From Azolla caroliniana (taxonomy: Eukaryota > Plantae > Polypodiophyta), in assembly GCA_043228905.1 (NCBI GenBank), contig JBHGNT010000009.1, positions 4,774,001-4,838,000 on the forward strand: DNA of 64,000 bases. The letters are read 5' to 3'. Under the pieces are notes generated by a model, which saw only the letters and a program-made list of their open reading frames with translations, was not told where the DNA came from and searched no databases. Below, in pieces: positions 24,058 to 37,600 of the stretch. The first letter of the stretch is position 1. Each line of letters starts with the position of its first letter. A program made the position numbers and the translations under genes.

Positions 24058-26178
24058 TATAGTCATGAGTTGTTAGACCTATTAAGCTAAATATTGACAA
24101 TATCTCAAGTCTTAGAATAGCATCCATACTCCAAAGTTAATGAAATGATAGTTTATGAAATAGTAAAGTAGAGTCACACAAAATGTTTATGATAATGTTT
24201 TGATTACATCCAACCTACCGGATTTGAACCAGTGACTTAAGGATTACAGCATTTCAACTGCAATCCTTTGTTCCACAACTAAGCTAAGGTTGGGTTTTTC
24301 ATAATATCATTATGACCTAATCTTACTAAGTTTATATGATCGAGTGATATGAAGACGCAAATATAGTCATGAGTTGTTAGACCTATTAAGCTAAATGTTC
24401 ACAAGTTCTCAAGTCTTAGAATAGCATCCATACTCCAAAGTTAATTAAATGATTACTTATCAAATAGTAAAGTAGAGTCAGACAAATGATGTTTGTGATA
24501 ATGTTTTGATTACATCCAACCTACCATATTTGAACGAGTGACTTAAGGATTGCAACATTTCAACTACAATTCTCCTCTTTGCCAACTAAGCTAAGGATGG
24601 GTTTACATATTATTATTGTGAAATTATCATACTAGTTTTCATATGATGGAGTGATATGATGACACAACTATAGTCATGAGTTGTTAGACCTATTAAACTA
24701 AATATTTGCAATATCTCAAGTCGTAGAATTGCAGCCATACTCCAAAGTTAATGAAATGATAGTTTATCAAATGCTTAAGTAGAGTGACACAAATGATGTT
24801 TGTGATAATTTTTTGATTACATCCAACCTACTGGTTTTGAAACAGTGATATAAGAATTACAAAATTTCAACTATAGTCCTCCGCTCTACCAACTCAGTTA
24901 AGGTCGGGTTTTAATAGTATTGTGACATAAACTTAGTAGTGTGATTCAATTGAGTGATCTGACGACGCAATTATAGTCCGGTGTTGTTAAACCAATTTAG
25001 ATAAATGTTGGCAAGATGTGAACCCTTAGAATTTGTATCCATACTCCAAAGTTTATCAAATGATAGTTTATTATATGGTTAAGTACAAGCATGCAAATGA
25101 TGTTTGTGATAATGCTTTGATTACATCCAACCTACGGTATTTGAACCAATGACCTAAGGGTTATAACAATTTAACTACAGTCCTCGGCGCTATGAATTGA
25201 GCTAAGGTTGGGTATTGATAGTGTAACCTTACTAGTACGATTCGATTGAGTTATATGACGACGCAATTATAGTCATGTGCTCTGAGACATATTAATCTAA
25301 ATGTTGGCAACATTTTGACTCTTTGAATTCCACCCATACTGGAAATTTGATGAAATGATAGTTTATCGAATGGTTAAGTATAGTCACACAAATTGTGTTT
25401 GTCATAATGTTTTGATTTACATTCAGCCTAGCGGTTTTGAACAAATTACCTAACGATTACAACATTTCAACTACAGTCCTCCGCTTTACAAACTATAGTA
25501 TTGTGACATAGTCTTACTAGTGTTATTCGATTGAGTGATATGACAACGCAGCTATAATCATGAGCTCTTTCATCTATTAAGCTATATGTTGGCAAGATTT
25601 CAACTATTAGAATTGCATCCGTACTCCAATGTTGATGAAATGATAGTTTATCGAATGGTTAAGTAGAGTCACACAAATTATGTTTGTGATAATATATTGA
25701 TTACATCCAACCTACCGGTTTTGAACCAATGACCTACGCATTATTGCATTTTAACTACAATCCTCTGCACTACAAACTATAGTAAATTAACATAGTCTTA
25801 GTAGTGTTAGTCGATCAAGTGATATGTCGACGTAACTAAAGTCATGAGCTCTTAAACCTATCAAGCTATATGTTTGCAAAATTTCAAGTCTTAGAATTGT
25901 ATCCGTATCCAACGTTGATGAAACGATAGTTTATCAAATGGTTAAGTAGAGTCACACAAATTATGTTTGTGATAATGTTTTGATTACATCCAGCCTACTG
26001 GATTTGAACCGGTTACCGAAGGATTACACCATTTCAATTACAATCCCCCGCTCTACCAACTGAGCTAAGGTTGGGTTTCAATAGTATTGTGACATAATAT
26101 TACTAGTGTCATTTTATCAAGTCATATGAAGACGCATATATAGGCTTGTGCTCTTAGACCAATTAAGCTAAATGTTGG
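24058..26178 (-). repeat. tRNA-Tyr array segment 3
   Basis: Copies at 24209, 24515, 24822, 25126 and 25989, with partial copies near 25422 and 25706; more diverged than segment 1. Confidence 0.93.
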
Positions 26179-29100
26179 TGTAAAAAGTAGCGTGCGGAAG
26201 CAAGTATAAAGATGAACAGAAGGAAGAAAACTCAGGTTTAATGGAGAGCTTGAGCTTACACAGTATACTCGGGAGAGACAGAGAGAGTGAGAGAGAGAAA
26301 ACACAAGAACTATATTCAACACTCTATTCACCACTCTATACATATGTGTGTTCAATGAACACTCTTATACAAGTCCTCGAAGGACTGACCGAAGTACTGA
26401 CCGTACTTCAATGCTCTTTAACAACTCCTACACTAACTCCCAAATATATTCCTCACGGAATATCTTTCCAAACGGCCTCCCGGTTTACGCACTCGGCCTA
26501 ACCGGTCGATCCCAACCGATCCGGTCCTCGGCTTCTTCAGCCGATCCGGCCGATGTTGAGCTTGTCTCTCAACACTCCCCCTCAAGCTCAACTCGAGCCT
26601 CTTCGGGATCCTCGGGCTCACAACTCCGGTTCCTCCTGGCTCCACGCCTCGCTCGCGCTCCTCGACCTGTTCGACTCCACGCGCTTCGACCCTTCCGGTC
26701 GGCTTGTCTGCTCATGTGGCCCTTATCAGCTCTTCTGCTGTTGCGGTGTTGACGCTTCTCCTGCTGCCTTTTCTTCCGCTTGGGCCTCGGTTGATTTAGC
26801 GTATCTGAATCAAACATCCGAACCGACTCGGCTACCTCCGATCGGTTTTCGCTCTCGTCCGAGTTGGTTGTCTCCAACTTGTCTTCGGTCTTCTCGCCCT
26901 CGATGGCGTCATCTTCCCCATTCGTGGTTGGCTTCGGCTCTCTCCTTCGGCTGCTCCCCTTCTGTCCGCTTTCGGACTTTTCCGCGGGTCCGCCCTCGGC
27001 TTCTTTAGCCGATCCGAAGTCCAACTTGACAACCGAGTCAACAATCGAGTCAACCGACTCGGTGTCACGGCCTCCGCTCCTTTCCTGTTGCTTTGCTTGG
27101 TCGTTTGGGACTGTTCTCCCCCTCAAGTTTGGCACGTTGAGGTGACGCAACCCGAGCTCACCGGAGAATTGCCGCAACTTGTCCAGACCAAGAGGCTTGG
27201 TGAAGATGTCGGCAGTCTGCCGATCCGTTGGAACGTACTGAAGTTTGACTTCACCGGACAGGACACGCTCACGGATGAAATGGTAGTACACCTCAATGTG
27301 CTTGGTCCATGCATGGAAAACGGGGTTTTTCGCGAGCTGGATGCTGTTGAGGTTGTCGCAGTAGATCGTCATCGGATCTGACACCTCCTCTTGCAGGTCC
27401 TTAAGTAGCCGCTTCAACCATATGGCTTCGCATGTCGCGACAACCGCTCCTCGGTACTCAGCTTCGGTGCTCGACAGTGCAACTGTCGGCTGCTTCTTAC
27501 TGCTCCACGCGATCACGGCACTCCCGAGAGAGAACGCGTATCCTGACGTGGATCGGCGATCGGCGGCATTGCCAGCTCAATCAGCATCGGTGTAGCCGAC
27601 TAACTGTGCGGCTGCACCGGTCCGATATAGCAATCCCCGGTCCTTAGTGCCGTTGACATACCGAAGTATGCGTTGCGCACACTGAAGGTGCTCCTCGGTA
27701 GGTCGCGCCATGAATTGACTGATCACTCCGACCGGATAACTGAGGTCGGGTCGGGTGATGGTCAAGTATATGAGGCTTCCGACAATTTTTCGGAACCTCG
27801 TCGGGTCGCATACCTTTCCCGTATCGGGACAAAGCTTGACAGTTCTATCCAGAGGAGTCGAGACGGACTTACAGTCGGCCATCCCGAATTTGAAGAGCAT
27901 ACTCAGCACGTAATGACGTTGGCTAATCAATATGCCTTCGGGGGTACGGATCACTTTGATCCCGAGGAAGTAATGATCATCAACATATAGTAAAATACTA
28001 ACCGGTCCGAGTCGACCTTTCCGGATAAACAGGGAAGAGTCTGATTTTGACGTGACGAAGCCCATCCGACGCAGTTGTTGCGTGATCTTCGTGTTCCAGG
28101 CACGCGGGGCTTGCTTCAGTCTGTAAAGGGACTTCTTTAGTCGGCATACTACCGAGGAGTTCGTTCCAGAGTGAAATCCGGGGGGTTGTACCATGTACAT
28201 CTGTTCCTCAAGGTCACCTTGCAGGAACACATTCTTCACATCCATCTGATCTAAGTGCCACCCCTTCGCCGCAGCTACTGCGAGCAAAACACGGACGGTC
28301 GTCATTTTCGCGACCGGCGCAAACGTCTCATCGTAGTCGATGCCGTGTTTCTGCGCGTAGCCCTTTGCCACTAGCCGAGCCTTGTACCGGTTAACGAAGC
28401 CATCGGTGTTGTACTTGACTTTGTACACCCACCTACACCCGATCGGTTTTACCCCTCTTGGTGCGTCAACCAGGTACCAGGTCTCGTTCTCCGCCAATGC
28501 GTGCATCTCTTCCTCCATCGCGGCACGCCAATTCGTGTCTATAGCCGCTTCTGCGTAGCTCTCCGGCTCACGCACTTCCGCTACACGGGTCATGTACGCA
28601 TAATGATGCGCCATGTACTCGTTGTATCCGAACCGCAAAACAGGATTCTTTTGGCGGGTAGATCGGCGTAATCTTGCATTAGCCAATGTCGAGGCCTTCC
28701 CCTCGGAGTTGGACTCGCGTCGGTCTGACTCGTTCCTTTGCGTGCCGGAATCCGACACCTTCTTCTTCCCTTTCTCTTTGCGCGTAAGCCGTCTCCTCGG
28801 CTTCCTACGCGGGGAATGCACGGCCGAGTCTCCACTACTCGCCGGCTCTTCATCGGACTGGTCGTACCGACTCAGTCGTCCAATCGGTCCACTTAAACGG
28901 AGTGAAATCGGACTCTCTTCGCGGGTCTCGATTTTGGGCTCATCCGGAGGCATCTCGGCCTCGCTGACCTCATCGTCAGAACACGGAATGGAGTCGGGGT
29001 TCGGAGTCGGGGGCTGGTACCAGGACGCGGACTCATCAAACACAACGCTGCGGCTGACACGCGCTTGTTTGGTGCGAGGGTTATAGCACTTATAACCCTT

Positions 29101-31752
29101 CTGCTCGTCCGAGTAACCGACCAAGATGCATTTCTCGGCCTTTGCGTCCAGCTTCCTCCTTTTCTCCTTCGGTACATGCACATATGCAATGCTACCGAAC
29201 ACCCTCAAGTGTCGCAAGTTCGGCTTCATTCCGAAATATAGCTCGTTCGCCGACACTTTGTCTCCGATCCGGTTCTGGATGTATACCGCGGTCCTTACCG
29301 CCTCGGCCCAGTAGAACTTGGGCAAGCTCTTCTCCTCCAGCATTGCCCGTGCCGCTTCCACAACTGACCGATTCTTCCTCTCGGCCACGCCGTTCTGCTC
29401 CGGCGTGTATCTACAACTGAATTTGCGCCGAATTCCCATTTGTTGTAGATAACCGTTGAATTGACCGGAAAAGTACTCTTTCCCGCCATCCGACCGCAGG
29501 CACTTGATCTTTCGTCCCGTTTCCGTTTCCACAAACCCTTTGAGGTCCCGGAAACAGTCGAAGACTTCGCTCTTCCTCTCAATGAGGTAGATCCACGTGT
29601 GCCGCGTGTGGTCGTCGATGAAGGAGACGAAATATCGGCTCCCGCCAAGACTAACGTTTTGTGTCAGCCCCCATACATCGGAGTGTATAAGGTCGAGCTT
29701 GTTCCGGCTCCGGTTTCGCTCGTTGGGGAAGGGAAGTAGGTGTTGCTTCCCGATCTGGCAGGCTTCACAAATTTGTCCCTTTCGGCCACTAAATTTGGGC
29801 AATCCGAACACTACCTATTTCGATTGCAGATCTTGAAGCCGCTGGTAGTTGACGTGGCCTATCCGCTTGTGCCACAAGTCGATGTCCGACTCGGCTTTTT
29901 GTCCCTTCGCGAACATTGCGGTGCCGCCGTCAGTGGAATAGAGGATGAACATCCTCCCGTCTCTGCGCCCTTGCGCAATCACACGGCCTTCTTCCTCAAT
30001 GAAGCACCCGAGGTGTGTAAACCGAACCTCCATCCCTTGGTCGACGATCTGTCCGACCGAGACCAAGTTTTTCGTGATTGTCGGAACGTGCAACACGTTC
30101 ATGAGTTTCCCTTTCTGCCCGACATGGCTAAGGGGAACTTCTCCGACATTCGCGATCGGATGCGGAGTGTCGTCTCCAGTTGCGACTACTCCAGGTTGTA
30201 TCAGTTTTTCAAGGTACAAGAACCACTCCTTATGGCTCGTCATGTGGTTTGACGCGCCGGAGTCTATGTACCACACCTCGTCCGATCTCGGGGTGGTCTG
30301 TTTCATTGAGTTTGCTTCGTGTCTCGTCACGAAGGCAGACCATTCTCCGTCTCTCCCGGAGTCTTCGGCGTAGTGCGATCGCTGCCGATTTCCCTTGTCG
30401 GTATGTCCGGAGCCGTTTCCGGAACCGGTTCTCTCCAAATCGGCGCGCTTCTTCCAGCACTCACTTTCCCTGTGGCCTTTCTTGCCACAATACCAGCACT
30501 CCGCGATGGCCTTCCCTTGCCAGTTCTCATCGCTTCGACTCCCCCTGTTTCCGGAGGGTCCGGAGTTGTTGTCGGCATCACTTCGGTGCCTTCTTCCTTG
30601 ATCTCGTCGGCCACTTCCATTGCGTACCGACTCGCCTCGTCGGCCACGACCACGGGGCCTTTCTCCCTCCGTGTACAACATCTTGATGTCGGTGTGCGTG
30701 CTTGTCGACGCACCCGCGTGGTTCTCCTCTACCAGGAGCATCGACTGTAAGTCAAAAAAGGACGGCGTATTCTCCCGGGTACACACAGCCGTCCGGAACG
30801 CTCCGAACTTCGACGCCAAACCTCTGAGACAGATCTGGACCATCTCGCTCTCCTCGATGTTCACCTCTATGGAGGCAAGGGAGTCGCAGATATCCTTGAT
30901 CTTCGAGGTATAGTCCACCACCGACAAGTCGCGTTGTCATAGGTTGCTCAACTCCTGTCAGAGCTGAAGCTTCTTAGCTGTGGTGCTCGCGGCGAAGATC
31001 TTCTTCAAATTTTCCCACGCACCCTTCGACGTCTTTGCATCCCGAACATAGCTCAATAGTTGTTCGCCCACACACGACGCGAAGCAGTATAATACCCTGC
31101 TCGCCGATTGCTTCGACGACGGGAAGTCTCTGTGTGTCGATTCGGGTGCCGCGTCATTAGCTCCTTCGACATAACTCCAGTAGCCGTGCCCGAGCAGGTA
31201 CTGGTGCATCTTGTAAGACCAAGATGCGTAGTTGGTTCTGTCGAGCTTCTCGGTTGGAAGCGAGCTCGCCATGCCTCTATCCATCGTTCTTCTTGTTCTT
31301 CTTCGTCAAGCTGTGTCGGCTGCAGAGAGGTTCTCAACCCTCGCGCTCTGATACCATGTAAAAAGTAGCGTGCGGAAGCAAGTATAAAGATGAACAGAAG
31401 GAAGAAAACTCAGGTTTAATGGAGAGCTTGAGCTTACGCAGTATACTCGGGAGAGACAGAGAGAGTGAGAGAGAGAAAACACAAGAACTATATTCAACAC
31501 TCTATTCACCACTCTATACATATGTGTGTTCAATGAACACTCTTATACAAGTCCTCGAAGGACTGACCGAAGTACTGATCGTACTTCAATGCTCTTTAAC
31601 AGCTCCTACACTAACTCCCAAATATATTCCTCACGGAATATCTTTCCAAACGGCCTCCCGGTTTACGCACTCGGCCTAACCGGTCGGTCCCAACCGATCC
31701 GGTCCTCGGCTTCTTCAGCCGATCCGGCCGATGTTGAGCTTGTCTCTCAACA
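26179..31752 (-). mobile_element. Full-length Ty1/copia retrotransposon (C1)
   Basis: 396-bp LTRs at 26179-26574 and 31357-31752 (about 4 differences). TSD GTTGG at 26174-26178 and 31753-31757. PBS TGGTATCAGAGC (tRNA-iMet) at 31345-31356. PPT at 26575-26586. Confidence 0.97.
26569..31284 (-). pseudogene. Copia gag-pol polyprotein with C-terminal extension, disrupted
   Basis: ORF pieces show gag, CWYCGKKGHRESEC, WYIDSGAS, integrase HSDVWG/DGGKEY, RT YVDD (deletion right after it) and RNase H. Stops and frameshifts separate the pieces. Confidence 0.93.
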
Positions 31753-32385
31753 GTTGGCAATATGTCAACTCTTAGATTTTGCATCCATACTCCAAAGTTT
31801 ATGAAATGGCTAAGTACAGTCACACAAATTATGTTTTTGATAATGTTTTGATTACATCCAACCTACCGGATTTGAACCAGTGACCTAAGGATTACAATAT
31901 TTCAACTACAGTCCTCCGGTCTACGAATGGAGCTAAGGTTAGGTTTAAATAATATTGTGACATAATCTTAGTAGTGTGATTCGATCGAGTGATATGACGA
32001 CGCAACTATAGTCATGAGTGCTTAGACATATTAAGCTCAACCAATTCTAAGAGTCATAATCTTACTAGTGTGATTCGATCGAGTGATTTGACGACGCGAC
32101 TATAGTCTTGCGCCCTTAAACCAATTTAGATATATGTTGGCAAGATGTCAACTCTTAGAATTTGCATCCATACTCCAAAGTTGATCAAATGGTTAAGTAG
32201 ATTCACACAAATGATGTTTGTGATAATGTTTTGGTTACATCCAACCTACGGGATTTGAACTAGTGACCGACGGATTACGATAGTTCAACTATAGTCCTCC
32301 GCTCTACCAACTGAGCTAAGGTTGGGTTTTAATAATATTGTGACATAATCTTACTACTGTGATTCGATCGAGTGATATGACGATG
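31753..32385 (-). repeat. tRNA-Tyr array segment 4 (copies 31857-31942, 32240-32325)
   Basis: Same unit; flanks rejoin across the copia TSD. Confidence 0.9.
31857..31942 (-). tRNA. tRNA-Tyr: tRNA-Tyr(GTA) pseudogene
   Basis: 3' half near consensus, D arm mutated. Confidence 0.45.
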
Positions 32386-34641
32386 TTGTCGTTTTTTCGG
32401 TGCCGGATTGTTACATGAGTCGGATGGAAATTGCCGAGGCTTTGGACTAGGAGGAGGAGAAGTTTAAGGCTAATAAGAATATGAAAGAGAAATGTAGGAA
32501 TCTCTTGAATTTCACGAGTATAGTGAATTAGTATAATTAGTATTAAGAATATCAAGAAATTAACCCAAACTTTCAATAGATTGGAAGAGAGATATAGGAA
32601 ATCGTGAATCACACGAGTATAATCAATTCAATCAATATTTTGAAAACCCAAAATCGACAACAACCCTTTACAATTTGCTTCCCTATCCTTATATAATGAT
32701 GGGAGAGACTAAGTTTACCACATGCAAGCATCATGCCTTTTCTAACTCGAGTGTTTGATTAGTCTTTCTATCACACCTTTTCATTTAACTTGAGTGTGTA
32801 TGCATGAATAACTTTTTCTATCATGCTTATCTAGAATATTTACATGGGATAAAGTTTAGTATAACTTTAAAACTCATGATGTGGTAGCACAATGGTAAGG
32901 CTTAAAATCATTGACATGGAGGTACAGAGTTCAAATCCTGCCATATGCATGTGACATAATTATTGTAGTATTTTCTCCTGTTTCTTTATACTTGGTCTAT
33001 CGGGTACTCCACACATATTTTACGTAGTGTACAAAGTACACTAAGACACTCACCCTCTCCAAACCTGCACAACCTCCGGTATGTGCCAAAGTTTGCGGTA
33101 CTTGTTACTCTTCTTCATCCGAAGCCGCCTCTGTTTGTTCCCATATGTCGATTATTAAATCCAACTCACTTTCCTCTCTTTCTGCACCTTCGTGATTGTT
33201 ATCCGATTGCTCCTTTGTGTCGGGTTTGTCGAAGACTACGTAGGCTTCTTTATCAATTCTCTTCTTGAAAATCTTCACTCGCTTCCCCGCTACAAGCACT
33301 CGAAGAATTGTGCCATCTAGCTCACTTAGCTGATAAGTTCCGTTGTCGAATGTTTTTCGAACTTCGTATGGTCCAAACCACCTTTTAGCAAATTTCCGTA
33401 TTGAGTTGTGTTGATGATCTAGACTAATGTCATAGACTATCACCCAATCCCCTTCTTCTATCTTCCGCGGTCAAAGTCAGTGTTTTTTATCGAATCGATG
33501 TTTGTTCCGAAATCGCACTTCTTGTTGTTGGTGCACCGCTTCCGTTATGTCTTCCGGTCTTCCTTCTAGCTGTCGTATCCGAACCTCTAGTAGTTCTTCC
33601 CGACTCATCTCTTCCTTCCATGGTAGCATTGTCCATGTTGCAATTGCAGTTTCCGTAGGCATTAACGGAGCTTGTCCAGTCATAAGTTTAGCTAGCATAT
33701 ATCCGGTCACGGAACTATGCGTTGTATGATCCACGCATAGTGCATACGGAAGCATCTACGGCCAATTCTTGACCCTCCCATCACACGCTTTTGTAAGTGC
33801 TTTTACGATTGGACTATGTCCTCGTTTGATCTTATCATTTGCTTCTGGATTGTATGTCGTGGTTAGTGTCAATCGTACTCCATGTTTAGCAAAGAATTCC
33901 CTAGCTTTATCAGAGACAAGTTCTCCCCGATCCGCAATCACTTGTCCTACGCACCTGCATTTGCAGAATAGTTCTTCCAGGAGAAATTGGCATACTGCAG
34001 AACATGTTTTTCTCCATAGCGCCCGACCTTCTACTTGGTTCGTCAAATCCTCCCGTGCTAGCACCAAGTAATTTTTTTGTCTGATCCCGGTTGGCATGGC
34101 CACTATGTCGACCATCCATTTAATGTTGATTGTCGGTGAGAATGTCGGATGTAATTCATCCCGGTGTTGAATTCCGGAGTAGATTTGACATTTCTCGCAT
34201 CTTTAGGTGAACTCTACTACATCCTTGTACATATTCTTCCACCACTATTTTTGCTTGATCTTTGCAAATGTTCCCCATGTTCCCTGATGTCCAGCCCAAT
34301 CAGATTCGTGAAATTCAGATATTACTTGTTTCTGTTGTTCCTTTGTGCCGACTACCTAGAGTGGTATACCATCCGGTCTTTTCGGCTCCCTCCAAATTAA
34401 TCCATTGTTCAAGAAGAACTTCCGGACTTGTCGTTTCTTCCTTCGAATCTCGGATCTCTTTTCTTTATTGTCTGATGATTCCTCGATTTCTTGTAGCACT
34501 TTCCTGATCAGTAAGCTTTCTCCCTCGTATTCGTCTTCCCGGAACTCCCGAATCACGTTCACCCAGCATATGTGCTCCGAAGTAAAGTAGTCTTCGGAAA
34601 CTTCTTCATTATCTGATTCGACTGTGTCATCTTGGAACCAG

Positions 34642-37600
34642 GCCCCTTTTATAGCACAAGGAGCGACCGTTATAGAGCATTCATGACCTGTCGCTTTCCC
34701 TTCCTAAATTCTTCCCCCTGATTCGTTGTCCTAGTAACTCTCCCTCCTTACGCGATGTCTGAATCCCTATTAATGCCTTAACTACCTAGTACACCTTTTT
34801 CTACCTATGCCTAGTACTTACACTATTTAATTTACTAGGGGTGTGCACTCGTGCACACCAGTGTTCCTGCGCGTGTCACATTGTTTCCACCTATGGCCCG
34901 GAATCTTCACGACATCCACCCCCACTAAACCACAGATACTCCATTATGTGCCGGGTAGCGAATTTAGTGAGGGATTCCGGGCCATCTGCTACTCGTCCTC
35001 CCCTTCTGAACTGGAACTTTTGGCTCCTGGGTTTGGTTCCGCCTCTTGAAGGCCTTTATCCGCTTCCCGACCACCGGAATTTTCATTCGCATCCCGTCGA
35101 GCTCCGTGAGATGATACATCGCGTTATCGTTGACGCTAATTACCACGTATGGCCCGAACCATCGTTTCGCGAACTTACGCGTAGACCTATGTTGGTTGTC
35201 GAGGCGACTGTCGTAGACCAACACCCAATCAGCTTCCTCGATCTTCCTTGGCCGGAGCCAGTGTGTTCGGTCGAACCAGGCCTTGCCGGATTCTCGCTTC
35301 TTTCACCCTTGCTGTGGCCCACTCCACGTCTTCCGGCCTTCGCTCGAGTTGCCTAATTCAGGTTGCTAGCAATTCTTCTTGGCTCATTTCGTTGACCCAA
35401 TTGATCCCAGCCCACAAGGCGATCGTCCACTCTACTGGCATGATGGGTTTCTATCCATACATTAGTTCTGCTGGCATGTACCCTGTCACCGAACTGTGGG
35501 TAGTCCTATCCGCCCATAGCGCGTAAGGGAGCAACCTCGGCCAGTCGCTGACTCGTCCTTCGCGCGCGCGTACAATGGCTTTTACGATCGGACCATGGCC
35601 CCGCTCAATCTTTCCGTTTGCCTCGGGGTTGTACGCCGTCGTGAGGGACAGTTTTACGCCTAACCGGTCGAACAATTCCTCGGCCTCTTCCGTGTCTAGC
35701 TCGCCTCGGTCAGCCACGATTTTTTCCACGCACCCGTATCAGCATATGACATCTTCAATCAAAAACTTACATACTACCGCGGTGGTCTTGTTCGTTAGTG
35801 CCCAGCCCTCTACCTGGTTCGTTAGGTCTTCTCTAGCCAGCACCAAGTATCGCTTCTGTTCCTCTCCCATCGGCATCGTTACTAAGTCAACCATCCATTT
35901 GAAGTGCACGGTCGGGGGGTATATTGGGTGCAGCTCGTCGTGGTGTCGAACCACCGAGTGCATCTGGCAGCTTTCGCACGTGGACACGAAGTCGTGCAAG
36001 CTCTTATATATACCCGGCCACCAGTATTTCTCCTTTAACTTCTCAAATGTGGCCCATGTACCCCGGTGTCCAGACCAAGGGCTTTCGTGGAACTCCGATA
36101 TTAGTTTCTCTTGATCATCCGCCTGCGCTATTACCCGGAGCGGCGCGTCGTTTCGCCTTTTTGGGACCCTCCAGATTTTCCTGTTCCGTAGGAAGTATTG
36201 GTATGCCCTTTTTCGGAGCTGTCCCGCTTCCTCCCTAGTCATCGAGGCATCCGCCGTCATTGGTTTTAGAAATCTTCCGATTAGAAGCCACTCCCCATCG
36301 TAGCCGTCTTCGTCGAACTCCTTCAGGGGCGGAGCACTTCGCTTTTTTATCCTCATCCTTGCTGATTCGAAGAAGTCTGCGCCGACTTCGTCGTTCTCTG
36401 ATACCATGTCGTCCTCGTCCTCGAACCTTGCTCTAGAAAGCATATCGACCATGGCATTGTCTTTACCCGAGATGTGTCGTATCTCTAGGTTCAGGGACTT
36501 GATGTACGCAATCAACCTGAGCATTGCCAGGTCGGGAGTTGCGCATCCGGAGACCATACTGAGAATCGGCAGGCAGTTCGTTTCTATAATCACTTCTGTC
36601 CCGATTAGGTAGTCTTTGTCGACCTTAACCGCCAAAACGATACCCCATAGCTCGTGCTTGACTTGGGCGTATCCTCGTTGTCGCTCACTCAATACCTTCG
36701 CGCTGAACCGGATAGGGGAATGTGTGTCGTCTTCGTTCTCTTGATTTACGACCCATCCAATCCCAGTCGGGCTGGTGTCCACCGTGATGTAGACCGGAGT
36801 TCCCGGTGCGTATTCCGCTTTGCATAAAGCTGGTGCCGCGGTGAGCGTTCGTTTTAGCCTCTGAACCGCCTTAGTATGTTCCTTTGTCCATTCGAACTTC
36901 CTGCTCTTCTTGAGCAAGCCGTAGAGCGGTTCGGCGACGTGCGCGTAATGAGGGATCCATATGTGGTAGAAGGCGCATGCTCCTAAGAATCGTCAGACCT
37001 CTGTGACGGATCCGCACTCCTCCTTCATTGCCCAGATGGCCTCTACCTTGGTCGGCGATGTCTTCCGGTCGTACGACCCACATAGATGGCCCACCACTAA
37101 GATCTCTGGCTGTTCGAAGGCCGACTTCTCTCCCAAGAAGGTAAGTTGCGCGTCTTCAAGCCTCTATAGTATCTTCTCGCAGTCATAGATATGGTTGGTG
37201 ACCAACCTTCGGCACCCGTCCGTGCCGATCGACTCATTCTTGGTGTACTCCGGACACCCCTAGATAGGGATGTCATCCAGGAAAGGCATGGTGATGTCTG
37301 GAATGTAGTCCCGCAGAACTCTGTTCATTGCATTCACCATGTGTGCTACCAAGTTGGTCCCTCCCTGTGGTAGCATACACATTTGAACTAGGCCGAGAGG
37401 GGTTCGCATTGTTGTGATGTCCCTGCTTTCCACGGCCAGCTGGAACTGGTTGTACCCCGAGTAAAGGTCTCCGACCGAGTATATGGACCTCCCGGCGAAG
37501 GCTTCCATGAACTCATCGATCGACGGTCTAACTCCTGTATTACAGATGGTCACCTTGTTGACCGATTGTAAGTCCTGGATGAAGCACATCGTACCGTTGT

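Noticed and set aside
26122-31823. Many overlapping and antisense ORFs over copia C1, and likewise over G1-G3 and the TR-GAG
   Set aside because: Shadow frames of GC-rich retroelement coding sequence or LTRs, with no independent motifs.
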